From: a virus
Reading direction: 5' to 3' (one strand)
Virus record (IMG/VR): IMGVR_UViG_3300037424_002358
Location: 32,001 to 96,000 of that record
DNA: 64,000 bases
Shown: positions 37,301 to 44,476 of the stretch, in pieces
How positions within the stretch are numbered: the stretch's first letter is position 1
Layout of the letters: every line of letters begins with the position of its first letter
The notes under the pieces: generated by a model
Told to the model about the DNA's origin: nothing
Database searches by the model: none
Seen by the model: the letters and a program-made list of their open reading frames with translations, nothing else
Made by a program: the position numbers and the translations under genes

Positions 37301-39285
37301 AACTCGAAAACTGTATCCCGGCCATCGGACTGTACAGCGGCGTCCATCAGAGTGATGACTGAGTTGCGAAGTGCTGGCGAGATTGGCCGCGGAAGGTCTA
37401 TGCCATAGCCTCGACGGCTTACCCGCATGCCATCGTCTATGGCATGCCAGCCAGTAGGCCATCTGCCGACGCGGGCCAAGCCAGCCGAGACGAGGCGCAT
37501 TTTGTCGTCGACACTTTCCTCCTGCTCGGCTATTGTGCGAGGCCAATGTCCATGAAGGGCAAAGAAGCCCACATCCTCGTGGTTGGCGTTCTGGGCTAGG
37601 TACGTTCCATCCGACCCGATATACGAGGCATCGAGCGGGTCCGATTTGCCGAACTCGTCCTCTATTCTCCCCGTCAAGACTCTTCCTTCCGGTAGCGTCA
37701 TCCCCGGTGCGCTTCCACCCACCTGCCCCGGCCGCCCCTCATGACCGAAGTGCCCGGAGCCGGGACCGCCGCGCAGTTCTAGGCCAGCGACGCGGGCAAG
37801 TTGTTCTGTGTCACCGCCATGAGGCCAACTGGACAAGCCGCGGTTGAAATTGGCCTCGTACTTCACTTCCGTGTCGCGGTTGGCGAGAAGATAATCCGTC
37901 AGCGTACTCCTGGCGGCGCGCGTAAGCGGAGTCCAGAAATCGAGGGCGATCCGACGGTTGTAGACATTGGTCACGCGTACGAAGCCGAGTGCGCGCATGG
38001 CCTGGAGCCAACGCTGTGGATCGCTCTGATCGCCGGATGGCAGATCGGCCTTCTTCAGAGCCTCAGCAGCCGCGTCGGCATGGGTATCTTCTAGGCCGCT
38101 CTCACGTGGACGGATGGAAATCGCGCGTCCGTCTGGAGCAATGTAGCCGTCGAACATGGAACCGGGTTTGACCGTAAACTCGCCATGTCCACGGGCACTC
38201 ACCATTGCATCAGCGACTCGGACGGCCTTTGAGCCGTAGCGTCTCTCTGGCTCGCGCGTGGATGCTCCCCCTCCGGGCGCGCTACCCCCGACCTCACCAG
38301 GGCGCCCCGCGTGGCCGAAGTGGCCCGAACCGGGGCCGCCGCGCATCACCGTCAGCGCCTCGCCGAGCAGGAGAGGACGCCTAGACCCATTCAGGAAGAC
38401 GACCTCGCCGCGTAGCGCCGCCGCGATCTCCGAACGTCCCACGGCGACCCTGTGCCCGTTGCGCTGTCCAGGCCACACGTGCGGCCCGCCCCGCTCGACC
38501 AAGGCCCGGTCACCGGCCATCATCGGCAGGTGCACCGTCCTGACGCTGTCGTACTCGTCGCGGGACACAACCACGCCGCGGGCTGGCAGGTGGAACGGCA
38601 GGACGCCGGGTGCCAGAGCGGTTAGGCCATCCAGGTTGCTGTCAGGTGCCATGTCCGTAAGGAGCGACACATGCGGGATGTATCGGGCCGGGTTGGAAAA
38701 GTCGTTCGCGTCGGGCGTGCAGCCGTTCTCCAACGCGAGCCGGTAGAGGTCGGACTGGAGTCGGACGAGCGCCGGGTCCGGGGCTACGGACAGCGCCAGC
38801 GCGCCGCCCATCTGAATCGGCTCGACCAACTCGACCCTGAACATCAGCGGCAGGCCGAGGTTGTTCCAGATGCGTTCGAGCGCCGTATCCTCGGCCCCGT
38901 CGAGGTAGACGAGACTGCAATGGAAATGGGCCGGGTTGAGCCGGTCGCAGGATATGCCGCGCCGCCTCAACTCGGCCTCATACAGCGCACTCAAGTTCGC
39001 GAGCGTGGGATCGTTCGGGAAAGCGAGGTAGACGAACGCGGCGTGGCCGACCGCCCGCCGCATGATCGGCAGCGCCACCGTCGAGGGGATGAAGGCTACT
39101 CGCCCGAGAGGATCGTCACGCCGAATTTGGTCTGCCACCCCAGCCTGCCTAGATGGAGGCCGAACGAGAGAAGCCATCCGGTTAGAACCTCGCTCACGAC
39201 CGGCACGTAGATCGGTGCCAGAAGGTTCACGCCCATCAGCCAGGCCAGCAGCGGCAAGAGCCAGCAGCCGAGACAGAAGTCGCAC
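31342..39285 (-). CDS. Giant polyvalent protein (2647 aa) of 11 modules separated by 10 conserved tags; includes 2H phosphoesterase, ART-like, zincin and JAB domains
   Basis: Uninterrupted ORF with HCSL/HVSL, FFHGT..GL, HEVGH and HSHPS..FS..D motifs. The true start is probably 100-220 nt downstream of 39285. Confidence 0.85.
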   Translation of the reverse strand: MRLLSRLLALAAAGLADGREPSGTDLRAGRERGSNRMASLVRPPSRQAGVADQIRRDDPLGRVAFIPSTVALPIMRRAVGHAAFVYLAFPNDPTLANLSALYEAELRRRGISCDRLNPAHFHCSLVYLDGAEDTALERIWNNLGLPLMFRVELVEPIQMGGALALSVAPDPALVRLQSDLYRLALENGCTPDANDFSNPARYIPHVSLLTDMAPDSNLDGLTALAPGVLPFHLPARGVVVSRDEYDSVRTVHLPMMAGDRALVERGGPHVWPGQRNGHRVAVGRSEIAAALRGEVVFLNGSRRPLLLGEALTVMRGGPGSGHFGHAGRPGEVGGSAPGGGASTREPERRYGSKAVRVADAMVSARGHGEFTVKPGSMFDGYIAPDGRAISIRPRESGLEDTHADAAAEALKKADLPSGDQSDPQRWLQAMRALGFVRVTNVYNRRIALDFWTPLTRAARSTLTDYLLANRDTEVKYEANFNRGLSSWPHGGDTEQLARVAGLELRGGPGSGHFGHEGRPGQVGGSAPGMTLPEGRVLTGRIEDEFGKSDPLDASYIGSDGTYLAQNANHEDVGFFALHGHWPRTIAEQEESVDDKMRLVSAGLARVGRWPTGWHAIDDGMRVSRRGYGIDLPRPISPALRNSVITLMDAAVQSDGRDTVFEFTDDLENTTADEVMATLTLSPNDWWPSGDQILSTLSSHFTERHGGSAGYAQRGGPGSGHFGHEGRLGEIGGSQPSGVAAKVADAMAGRYGTADPTAVRLKGTAARFWIRPDGNLTDISLSALHHESASVSIADAGLGDMGFGEASDWMFAHGFARLTSMWPNGLGIEASPEVGRRVVNTIKDILAVNPGVESVVDEHQIGPEGARLLRSVIERGGPGSGHFGHEGRPGEVGGSAPGSGATTAEAQPRYGESMAGIAPSLKESQIASEFPAIRDKVEALFREREAGHIRDVYPPTVSPSHIGFGDYWLLRDGTVVEVESHDRSAQSALEHPGVLSDRFKKFFGVEPSGFIPGAHFSHEGIMLGLGLVRWSTSGTQGVSTGGAKITDEQASRISEMAGKIPRLIEILPWEAWDIVLHPMAGGATVDLEHGPHGSGVDSLLRTRSIVSRGGPGSGHFGHEGRLGEVGGSAPGDAASDGGRLAEYGPHYAGGPGSQANPLRLSGAALGRILQWSTSRYNEYSKSQAVAIARRVLGEAKERVVITSGSYTPLTAMTGSDYLIDGPGGFIAVGMRGNDPRDEAAGFKESRRYYFRRTLEERGGPGSGHFGHEGRPGEVGGSAPSGGGVAEQGTKYASHLSPRLNDTAFKGHKFSRADIEGLQQVLAEEAMKLTREEANSGEFWLAPDGTIFNVEGKGHEQAAMNALVAYYSTVLPEETKAQYSFPPDPDYPPDNPAVFVEYESANGSLRLGRITNEPGSDWPYTYRPSGWIDRLQEEYGLPHGVVASATLEAAKQDAMERSSATLIAHGVPSATGEGLFTAHGFIRVSRGSAGRENYVGIMWDRNLTPTDDQRSVLASIARYTMEADVPDADKGVVWERVNPEGRPFGAIADSGVVTGWPDREFTSALVGRRWTPKPLPWWAGLALRGGPGSGHFGHEGRPGEVGGSAPSAGGTVKVPASLKPNQVGPRLFFHGTLRDHLESIVEHGLLPQVGNWVSNVYTGRKGTAGQMGEPDSLTYLAGPNAYPSYDDEMRPGSPEAHDGVSDDPAMAAITAAMAQSVIARGGDWNWTQGSAIWPPLEQLREDALVAVIDPDAVRDAEIAWTGSEGGMAYAAEIGPNGDIEFGTEGKEIGGKGPEEGDYTTSSVVRPTAFVYGDDFVTWFATWVLSHRTGGDLETSYNELVTSRADEWWDKYEDDFMDILWPGEQLEEESLSVRAVCRLRPRRIFIPLEILERGGPGSGHFGHEGRPGEVGGSAPGAGAGITQEWNEGYLYNFRRAVADAFSPHESPFVPGHRSMNGWLVSPDGRVFETGFGNHDAAFADAIRKAGLDEEPIEGLEEAFEDAEGEARNLPDVFLDTVIQVMYDSGFIAVDEDAREGPVNVILAFKGRPPQTAAQRRAIRDMVLSGDISPEFEFMTPSGQLIGGDSLRAFEKAVGITMRGGPGSGHFGHAGRPGEVGGSAPGGGGPPEERRIGGNRYVFGNPETAAAVQGMVERAERKLNLRLRGLRLTDDPVALNDFLREELIDFKPTPPEKYDEVRAAVAEVWGNVWGLAAYNRADNRAMLWLNPDFGDKVRGHVPGKFPGFDEWLEASRTIGSDVYNDTLGHEVGHLVDYALQLDDVFTDSLAKGEYRYLVSLAAISPYKESSRDDEYRADLISSYLNGRDDFLRFSHASDLLGTGILPMAEMNENNRRDRSAMLETIRARVERRQGEVEFKAARRTHYVRVPYNGPVEEIISVDDPSDYPEEWIIRGGPGSGHFGHEGRPGQVGGSVPGGGGMREVVGSGGSLIGEGLKTYQEREYVGVQFDPSSAAQEAIRSAESDLYSRGHDDAEKAYAVDASGEVLIEKIGTGWDDPKGAGIFWTDEEQATMRGSTLTHSHPSGRAFSPEDIIFACKNHLAEIRAVGTDYAGNRWLYRFQPAENAAGRAGWDTGKIADAYGSADRSVYDEWQPQVTADSSLRSWAETNHGHEVMTRFSIDHPEVVRFYGREKVN
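32008..38343 (-). repeat. Ten dispersed 63-nt coding repeats (RGGPGSGHFGHxGRxGxxGGS)
   Basis: Copies at 32008-32070, 32941-33003, 33556-33618, 34480-34542, 35458-35520, 35905-35967, 36604-36666, 37087-37149, 37711-37773 and 38281-38343. Confidence 0.97.
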
Positions 39286-39398
39286 TCGCCCAGTTCAGCC
39301 AGGATCGGGTGCGCGCTCCAGAGCCGCCTCGTCAGGCCGTTCGTCTGGACAATCCAGATCGCGAGCCGGCCCACGACGAGCGCTGCGATCAGGTTCAA
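39096..39398 (-). CDS. Small membrane protein, DUF1360-like
   Basis: ELGECDFCLGCW with hydrophobic segments. Confidence 0.6.
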   Translation of the reverse strand: MNLIAALVVGRLAIWIVQTNGLTRRLWSAHPILAELGECDFCLGCWLLPLLAWLMGVNLLAPIYVPVVSEVLTGWLLSFGLHLGRLGWQTKFGVTILSGE

Positions 39399-39922
39399 CG
39401 CACGAGCACCCACATGACGGATTGCCCGTTCATATCGACGGTCACGACCTCGGTGTTGAACAGCCGATAGCCGTCGGACAGCAAGCCGTCCAGAAGCGCG
39501 TCGGCGTCCTGCGTGGTCAGCGCAGGCGGGATCGCTCCCATATTGCCCCGGATCGTGCGGATGATGTGCCTGATCTCCTTGAAGCCCTGACCCTCATGGC
39601 CCTTCGGCTTTGCGAACAGCCAGGTCATGAAAATCCCGTCCGTCACTACACCCCGCGTCCGGGCCATCAGAATGTCGTACCCGTTCTGAAGGACCTTGGA
39701 GAGTTCGGCGTCAGCCGCATCTGCGGCGACGACCGACTCGCTCCACGGGCCACCACGGGCCGCCACGACGCGGGAGAAGTGGCGGGGTGCCTCGTAGGAG
39801 GCGGGGATGAAGGGGGCCGACCCGTTCAGGCCAGCGGCGCTCTTCTTGGACTCCTTCTGCTTCGAGTCGGTCGTGTCTTTGGCGTCCTTGGTCGCCACAG
39901 CCTGCGTGCTACGCTTGCTCAT
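39395..39922 (-). CDS. Hypothetical protein with an internal duplication
   Basis: ADAELSKVLQNGY...WLFAK and ADALLDGLLSDGY...WVLVR. Confidence 0.65.
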   Translation of the reverse strand: MSKRSTQAVATKDAKDTTDSKQKESKKSAAGLNGSAPFIPASYEAPRHFSRVVAARGGPWSESVVAADAADAELSKVLQNGYDILMARTRGVVTDGIFMTWLFAKPKGHEGQGFKEIRHIIRTIRGNMGAIPPALTTQDADALLDGLLSDGYRLFNTEVVTVDMNGQSVMWVLVR

Positions 39923-39937
39923 GACAACTCCTCTCCT

Positions 39938-42547
39938 CTAGGCGCCGACCCACGGCGCGTATCCCCCGCCCGCCACAAGTGCGTCCAGTTCGCCAGGATT
40001 GAACGCTAGGCCGCAGTGACACACTGTCGGGTGGGCCGGCGGGAATGGGGTTGGCTCGAACACGGTCTCATATAAGGTGTCGATCGGCACGAAGCCGAGC
40101 GCCTCGTTGGACTCGCACAGGGCACAGGGATGCGGGTTGCCCGCCTCCGTGATGCCGCGGGCACCCAGGTGGACCCACGCCTTCTCCTGGAAGCCGCTAC
40201 GGACCATCTGCTCGTGGCGGCCAGCGTTCTCCGCCCACGCGATCTCGTAGTTGACGATGGAGTTCGTCCGCGCCTCGCTCATCTCCTCGAGGCCCGACAG
40301 GATCGACTCCATCGTGCGCGCGGTGAAGCCTTCCATGCCGAGGATTTCTTCGGCGGTCGCCCCGTCGCGCAACGCCTGCGCGATCTCTGGGCTGGAGATC
40401 CCCTGGCGCACGCCGGCGGTGATAATCCGCTTGATGAAGGTCACCGTGCCGGAGTCAATGTTCGTCACCAGATCGCCAGCCCGCCCCTCCAGGAATTCGA
40501 GCACCCTCGGGTCCATCAAGGTGAAAGACAAACCGGGCAGCGTCGGTGCCGACGCCAGCCCCCGCTGGTAGAGTGAGCGGAGGACCGTCAGAGCCATGTC
40601 CTCAATCCCCAATTCGTAGGCTCGCGAGTAGGCTTCCAGGATCGCCTGCCGGTCCCACACGTTGGCCAGTTGCCACCAGGACTCGCCAGCCAGGATCGCT
40701 TCGAGGGCGTCCTGTATCTCGTCGTCGGCCTGGCGCGTGACAAGGGCGTCGAGTTCCGATTCCTGGCCGAAGGTGATGGCGTTCATGTTCGGAAGCCATA
40801 CGCCTTGAATCATGTCATCGTCGAGGGACTTCACGACGGCCTCGACCTGGGGGACCATCCGCCGGGTGGCGACCTCGACGAGTTTCCGCACGCGCGCCTG
40901 GTTGTTCTCCTGCGCCTGGTCCGGCAGGTTCTTCATGCCGGGCAGGATGATCGCCGCCAACTCCTTCTCAATGCTCTTGGCATCCCGCGTCGCCGGGTTC
41001 TCGCCATAGGGCGTGACGCGCGGCACCAGCGACACCTGGACCTCCGCCCCCGCTTCCTCGGCGGCTTTGACAATCTCGCCAAGCGTCGCATCGCGGCGGC
41101 GGAAGAGGGATCGGACACGCCCCACGAGTCCAACGGGCCGTGACTGGTCACCACGACCACCCTGCGACGGAGGGACGTTGTCGGGCGGCTTCGGCCCGGT
41201 CGGCTCAGCGCCCCCCTCCGGCGGAGGCTCCTTGCCGTACTTCGGACCGAGGAGGCTCAGGAGGAACTGTTCGACGGGCCGACCCCCCGCCCCCGCCGGA
41301 GCGGCGATCATCGCGTTGGGGTCGATCTTCGTTTCGAGGATTCCGAGGTTGACAACCTCCTGCCGGCCCTCGGCCGGGGCGAGCATCTGCCCGTTGATGA
41401 GCGCCGCCAAGCCCTGAGCGACGGCGAGCATCGAGCGGCCGCGGGCCACCATCGCCTCGTCGTCGCGCTCGACCCAGATGAACTTGATGACGGGTAGCGG
41501 CACGCGCGGCAGGATGGAGTTGAAGTAGTTGCGCAGGCCCTCCCGCAGGTTGGCGTGGCCGGACCGGCGCGTCTGACGCTCCGCCCGGATCACCCCGGCC
41601 AGCGTCCCGCCGCCCCGAGCCTCCTCCAGGCCGATGTCCGAGATGCGCATGCCATAGCCGCCAGCGAGCACCTGCGCATAGTGCAGCGTCGCCTTGTCGT
41701 AGAGTATTTCGGCGGGTGGCAAGCCGAACGGAATCCACTGGACGGCCTTGTCGTGCTGGTAAAGGACGGGCACCTTCATGGGGTCGATGCCACCGAACAT
41801 CTCTCGCATGCTCGCGAGCCACTCAATGGCGTCGTCCTTCTCCATGTCCATGAGGTCGAGGATGCCCGCCTCGGGTGTGTCCAGTAGCAACTTCCAGTAG
41901 TACATGTCGCCGCGGTAGAGCATCTCGACGGCGAGGTAAACCTTCTCCGGCGGGGCCATGCCCCAACCCTTGCGCCGCAGTTCGGGACGGGGCGAGTAGA
42001 TCATGCGCCGGATGGCGTGTCGCGGGAACGCCACCGCCTTCGCCGGCACGTCGGGCACCATCTGCGCTACCGGGTACTGGTCGTCAAGCGTCGGCCATAG
42101 CGACGCAGCGTCGATGTGTTCGACGGCCAGGACCGGGCCGTCCGCGTCATCGTCCTCAGTGATTACCTCGGCTGCGCCGCCGAAGGGCACGTCGAGATAG
42201 TCCTGCGACACGAGGTCAACGTGGAGGTCGAAGCCGCCGTCAAGATGCTCGAACAGATCGCGGTAGTAGGTGATGGCGCGCGAGATCAGCGGGTTGGTCG
42301 CGTCCTCGGGCCGCACGGGCACGATATCCCACTCGAGGGCCTTGATGCCGTTGATGAGCGTGTCGCGGCATACGGTGGCGAGAGGCTGGTTCCTGACGAA
42401 CTGCCGCCACTGCGCGGCTTGCAGCCATCCTGGGGCACCGTACTGTGGAATGAGGCGCTGGAGGTAGAGGGGTAGTTCGATAGCCCGGCCCGGCGGCGGG
42501 ATGTCGGGCGGCGCGAGCGGCACCGCAAGGGCGTTACGCTTCGGCAT
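39938..42547 (-). CDS. Portal protein fused to a MuF (head morphogenesis) domain
   Basis: Follows the terminase; portal-like N-terminal ~420 aa (GWGMAPPE, YGMRISDIG); C-terminal KAW...CALC..N...PPAHP..CHC MuF signature. Confidence 0.85.
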   Translation of the reverse strand: MPKRNALAVPLAPPDIPPPGRAIELPLYLQRLIPQYGAPGWLQAAQWRQFVRNQPLATVCRDTLINGIKALEWDIVPVRPEDATNPLISRAITYYRDLFEHLDGGFDLHVDLVSQDYLDVPFGGAAEVITEDDDADGPVLAVEHIDAASLWPTLDDQYPVAQMVPDVPAKAVAFPRHAIRRMIYSPRPELRRKGWGMAPPEKVYLAVEMLYRGDMYYWKLLLDTPEAGILDLMDMEKDDAIEWLASMREMFGGIDPMKVPVLYQHDKAVQWIPFGLPPAEILYDKATLHYAQVLAGGYGMRISDIGLEEARGGGTLAGVIRAERQTRRSGHANLREGLRNYFNSILPRVPLPVIKFIWVERDDEAMVARGRSMLAVAQGLAALINGQMLAPAEGRQEVVNLGILETKIDPNAMIAAPAGAGGRPVEQFLLSLLGPKYGKEPPPEGGAEPTGPKPPDNVPPSQGGRGDQSRPVGLVGRVRSLFRRRDATLGEIVKAAEEAGAEVQVSLVPRVTPYGENPATRDAKSIEKELAAIILPGMKNLPDQAQENNQARVRKLVEVATRRMVPQVEAVVKSLDDDMIQGVWLPNMNAITFGQESELDALVTRQADDEIQDALEAILAGESWWQLANVWDRQAILEAYSRAYELGIEDMALTVLRSLYQRGLASAPTLPGLSFTLMDPRVLEFLEGRAGDLVTNIDSGTVTFIKRIITAGVRQGISSPEIAQALRDGATAEEILGMEGFTARTMESILSGLEEMSEARTNSIVNYEIAWAENAGRHEQMVRSGFQEKAWVHLGARGITEAGNPHPCALCESNEALGFVPIDTLYETVFEPTPFPPAHPTVCHCGLAFNPGELDALVAGGGYAPWVGA

Positions 42548-42644
42548 GTGCGCCTCGGGGGCGTGGGAGTAGGTTCAAGGGGTCTGGCAACCTCGCTCTA
42601 TTCTAGGCTATGTGCCGCCCAACCGCCAGCCCTTTCGCGTCGGG

Positions 42645-44252
42645 CTAGACCTTGGCGAACTTTCCCTTGCGCCACCGCCGCTTGAGGGCCGTCAGGCTGT
42701 GGTGGGCGCCGGCGGACGAGTCCACCTGGTCGTCGTGCTCGGCGTTTGGGAATCCTCCGTGCTCGGCCATGTACGCCTTGTTCCACGGACCCCGAAGGAG
42801 GTAGACGTTGCCCGCATTTACCTGCTTGGCCCAGGGGTCGGCGAAGACAAGTTTGTCGCCGGAGTGCGGCATGTCCTCGAAGTCGAAGCCGTCCAGTGAT
42901 CGGGCGTAGTCGGCTGTGAGCAGTTTGCCCGAGGCCCCTGGCTCCCGCTCCATACGAATCTTGACGGGGTGCCCATCGAGGTCGGCCGTCTGCTGGATGA
43001 TGTCGTCGACCTGCTCGGGGTCCAACTGTTCGAGGACCTGGTCGAGGACCCAATAATGGCCCTCCTTGTCCTGCGACAGGAGCGTGCCCGACAGCCGGTC
43101 GGGATCGCGCTTGCCCTTGGCCTTGGCTGTCGCGGCGAGGTCCCAGAAGCGCACGCCGGATTTGATGTCGACCGCATGTCCGTTGACGACCCGGCATACA
43201 TCGACGGGTACCTCATCCGCGTCCTTGATCTCGAACCGCCCAACCTTGAAGAGGAAGCCTTCTGGCCGCGTCGGCCTCTGCTGCCACTCCGCCGCCCACA
43301 CCATCGGCCCCACGATCTCGCGCGTCTCCTCCAGATACTTCTTGGAGTAGCGCGACGGTGCCAGAGGCTCGCCAGGCTCCCGCCCGAGGATGTCGGGGGC
43401 GATGCCGTTCTCCTCGTCCTCTTTCTCGGCCAAGGCTGGGTACCGTAGCACCTTCCAGCGGCCACCCTCCTCGACTGTGCCCTCCTCCGCGAGGACCTGG
43501 CCGGCAAGGTCGTCCTCGTTCCACCGGGTCGTGATGAAAAAGATCGGCGCGCCCTCCCACAGCCGCGGGATGAACGTGCCCTGCCACCACTCCTTCGCCC
43601 GCTGGCGCTTCGTCTCCGACTGTGCGTCCTCCCAGGAGCGGTGCGGGTCGTCCACGACGGCCGCGCCGAACCCGAGTCCGGTGACCGTGCCGCCGACGCC
43701 GGTGGCGTAGACGTAACCTTGAGCGCCCTCAAAGCCCCAATGGTTGGCCCGCCACTTTGCCAGTTCGGGCGAGCGCGTGCCGAACAGGCGCGCGTAGATG
43801 GGGGACATGCTGATCGCGCGGGCGTTGCGGGAGTTCTCAACGGCGCGCTCAGCACCATAGGAGGTGAGGAGGATCGGAAGGTCGGGATGCAGCCCGAGCC
43901 AGAACGGCGGGAGCATCTGCGACACCAGCAGGGACTTCCCGTGCTGCGGGGGCGCTTCGATCATGACGTAGCCGTGGCCCTCGGTCACGACCTTCGTCAG
44001 TTCGCCCGCTAGGTGTTCGTGGAAGAGGTCGGCCTTGTAGGTCGGCATCATCTCCCGGGTGAATGCCAGGAGATCGGTGCGGGCCTTGGTCAGCCGCTTG
44101 ACCTCGGATGCGTTCTCGGCCCCGAAGAGTCGGGAGAATGTCTGCGCCGTCAGCCTGTGGAGTTGTTCGCGGGAGACGAGTCGACCGCGGAGTTCCTCCG
44201 GGTCGAGTCCGAGGGTTTCAGCGATCCGGGGGACGCGGCCGCTCCGATTCAT
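42645..44252 (-). CDS. terL: Terminase large subunit
   Basis: APPQHGKS Walker A, VVDDPH Walker B, TRWNEDDL, WDLAAT, HDDQVDS. Confidence 0.95.
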   Translation of the reverse strand: MNRSGRVPRIAETLGLDPEELRGRLVSREQLHRLTAQTFSRLFGAENASEVKRLTKARTDLLAFTREMMPTYKADLFHEHLAGELTKVVTEGHGYVMIEAPPQHGKSLLVSQMLPPFWLGLHPDLPILLTSYGAERAVENSRNARAISMSPIYARLFGTRSPELAKWRANHWGFEGAQGYVYATGVGGTVTGLGFGAAVVDDPHRSWEDAQSETKRQRAKEWWQGTFIPRLWEGAPIFFITTRWNEDDLAGQVLAEEGTVEEGGRWKVLRYPALAEKEDEENGIAPDILGREPGEPLAPSRYSKKYLEETREIVGPMVWAAEWQQRPTRPEGFLFKVGRFEIKDADEVPVDVCRVVNGHAVDIKSGVRFWDLAATAKAKGKRDPDRLSGTLLSQDKEGHYWVLDQVLEQLDPEQVDDIIQQTADLDGHPVKIRMEREPGASGKLLTADYARSLDGFDFEDMPHSGDKLVFADPWAKQVNAGNVYLLRGPWNKAYMAEHGGFPNAEHDDQVDSSAGAHHSLTALKRRWRKGKFAKV

Positions 44253-44476
44253 GCACGGTCGCCCGCTTCCGCTTGGATGGCGACCTGTTCAATGGCGCAG
44301 GTATCGGCGTGCCGCGGAAATTTGGAGCGGCAGTAGCGGCAACGCCAAATGGCCTTAGCGTGGGAAGTCAGGTGGGGTTCCCAGGTCCAGGCGCGCAGGC
44401 GTTCCAGGGGCGTGCCCGACTGTTCGGCCCGCAGGCTCTCCCTCAGGATGGCCGACTCGCGGTAGAGGTCAGCCAC
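44249..44476 (-). CDS. Small Zn-finger protein
   Basis: CRYC...H..TC. Confidence 0.55.
   Translation of the reverse strand: MADLYRESAILRESLRAEQSGTPLERLRAWTWEPHLTSHAKAIWRCRYCRSKFPRHADTCAIEQVAIQAEAGDRA

Noticed and set aside
32008-38343. Dispersed repeats as a CRISPR array or intein boundaries
   Set aside because: The intervals are 447-978 nt, in frame and synonymously diverged. No cas genes and no intein splice-junction motifs are visible.
6416-39285. Tag-derived N-terminal Gly-Gly as a nucleophile for the phage sortase
   Set aside because: Chemically attractive, but the sortase is membrane-anchored and extracytoplasmic while the cargo is cytoplasmic or in the capsid. Nothing else supports the link.
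19028-42605. Late promoters upstream of the ChaB gene (TACAAT) and the portal gene (TAGAAT)
   Set aside because: Only -10-like hexamers are present, with no convincing -35 or shared upstream motif. This is not enough to call.
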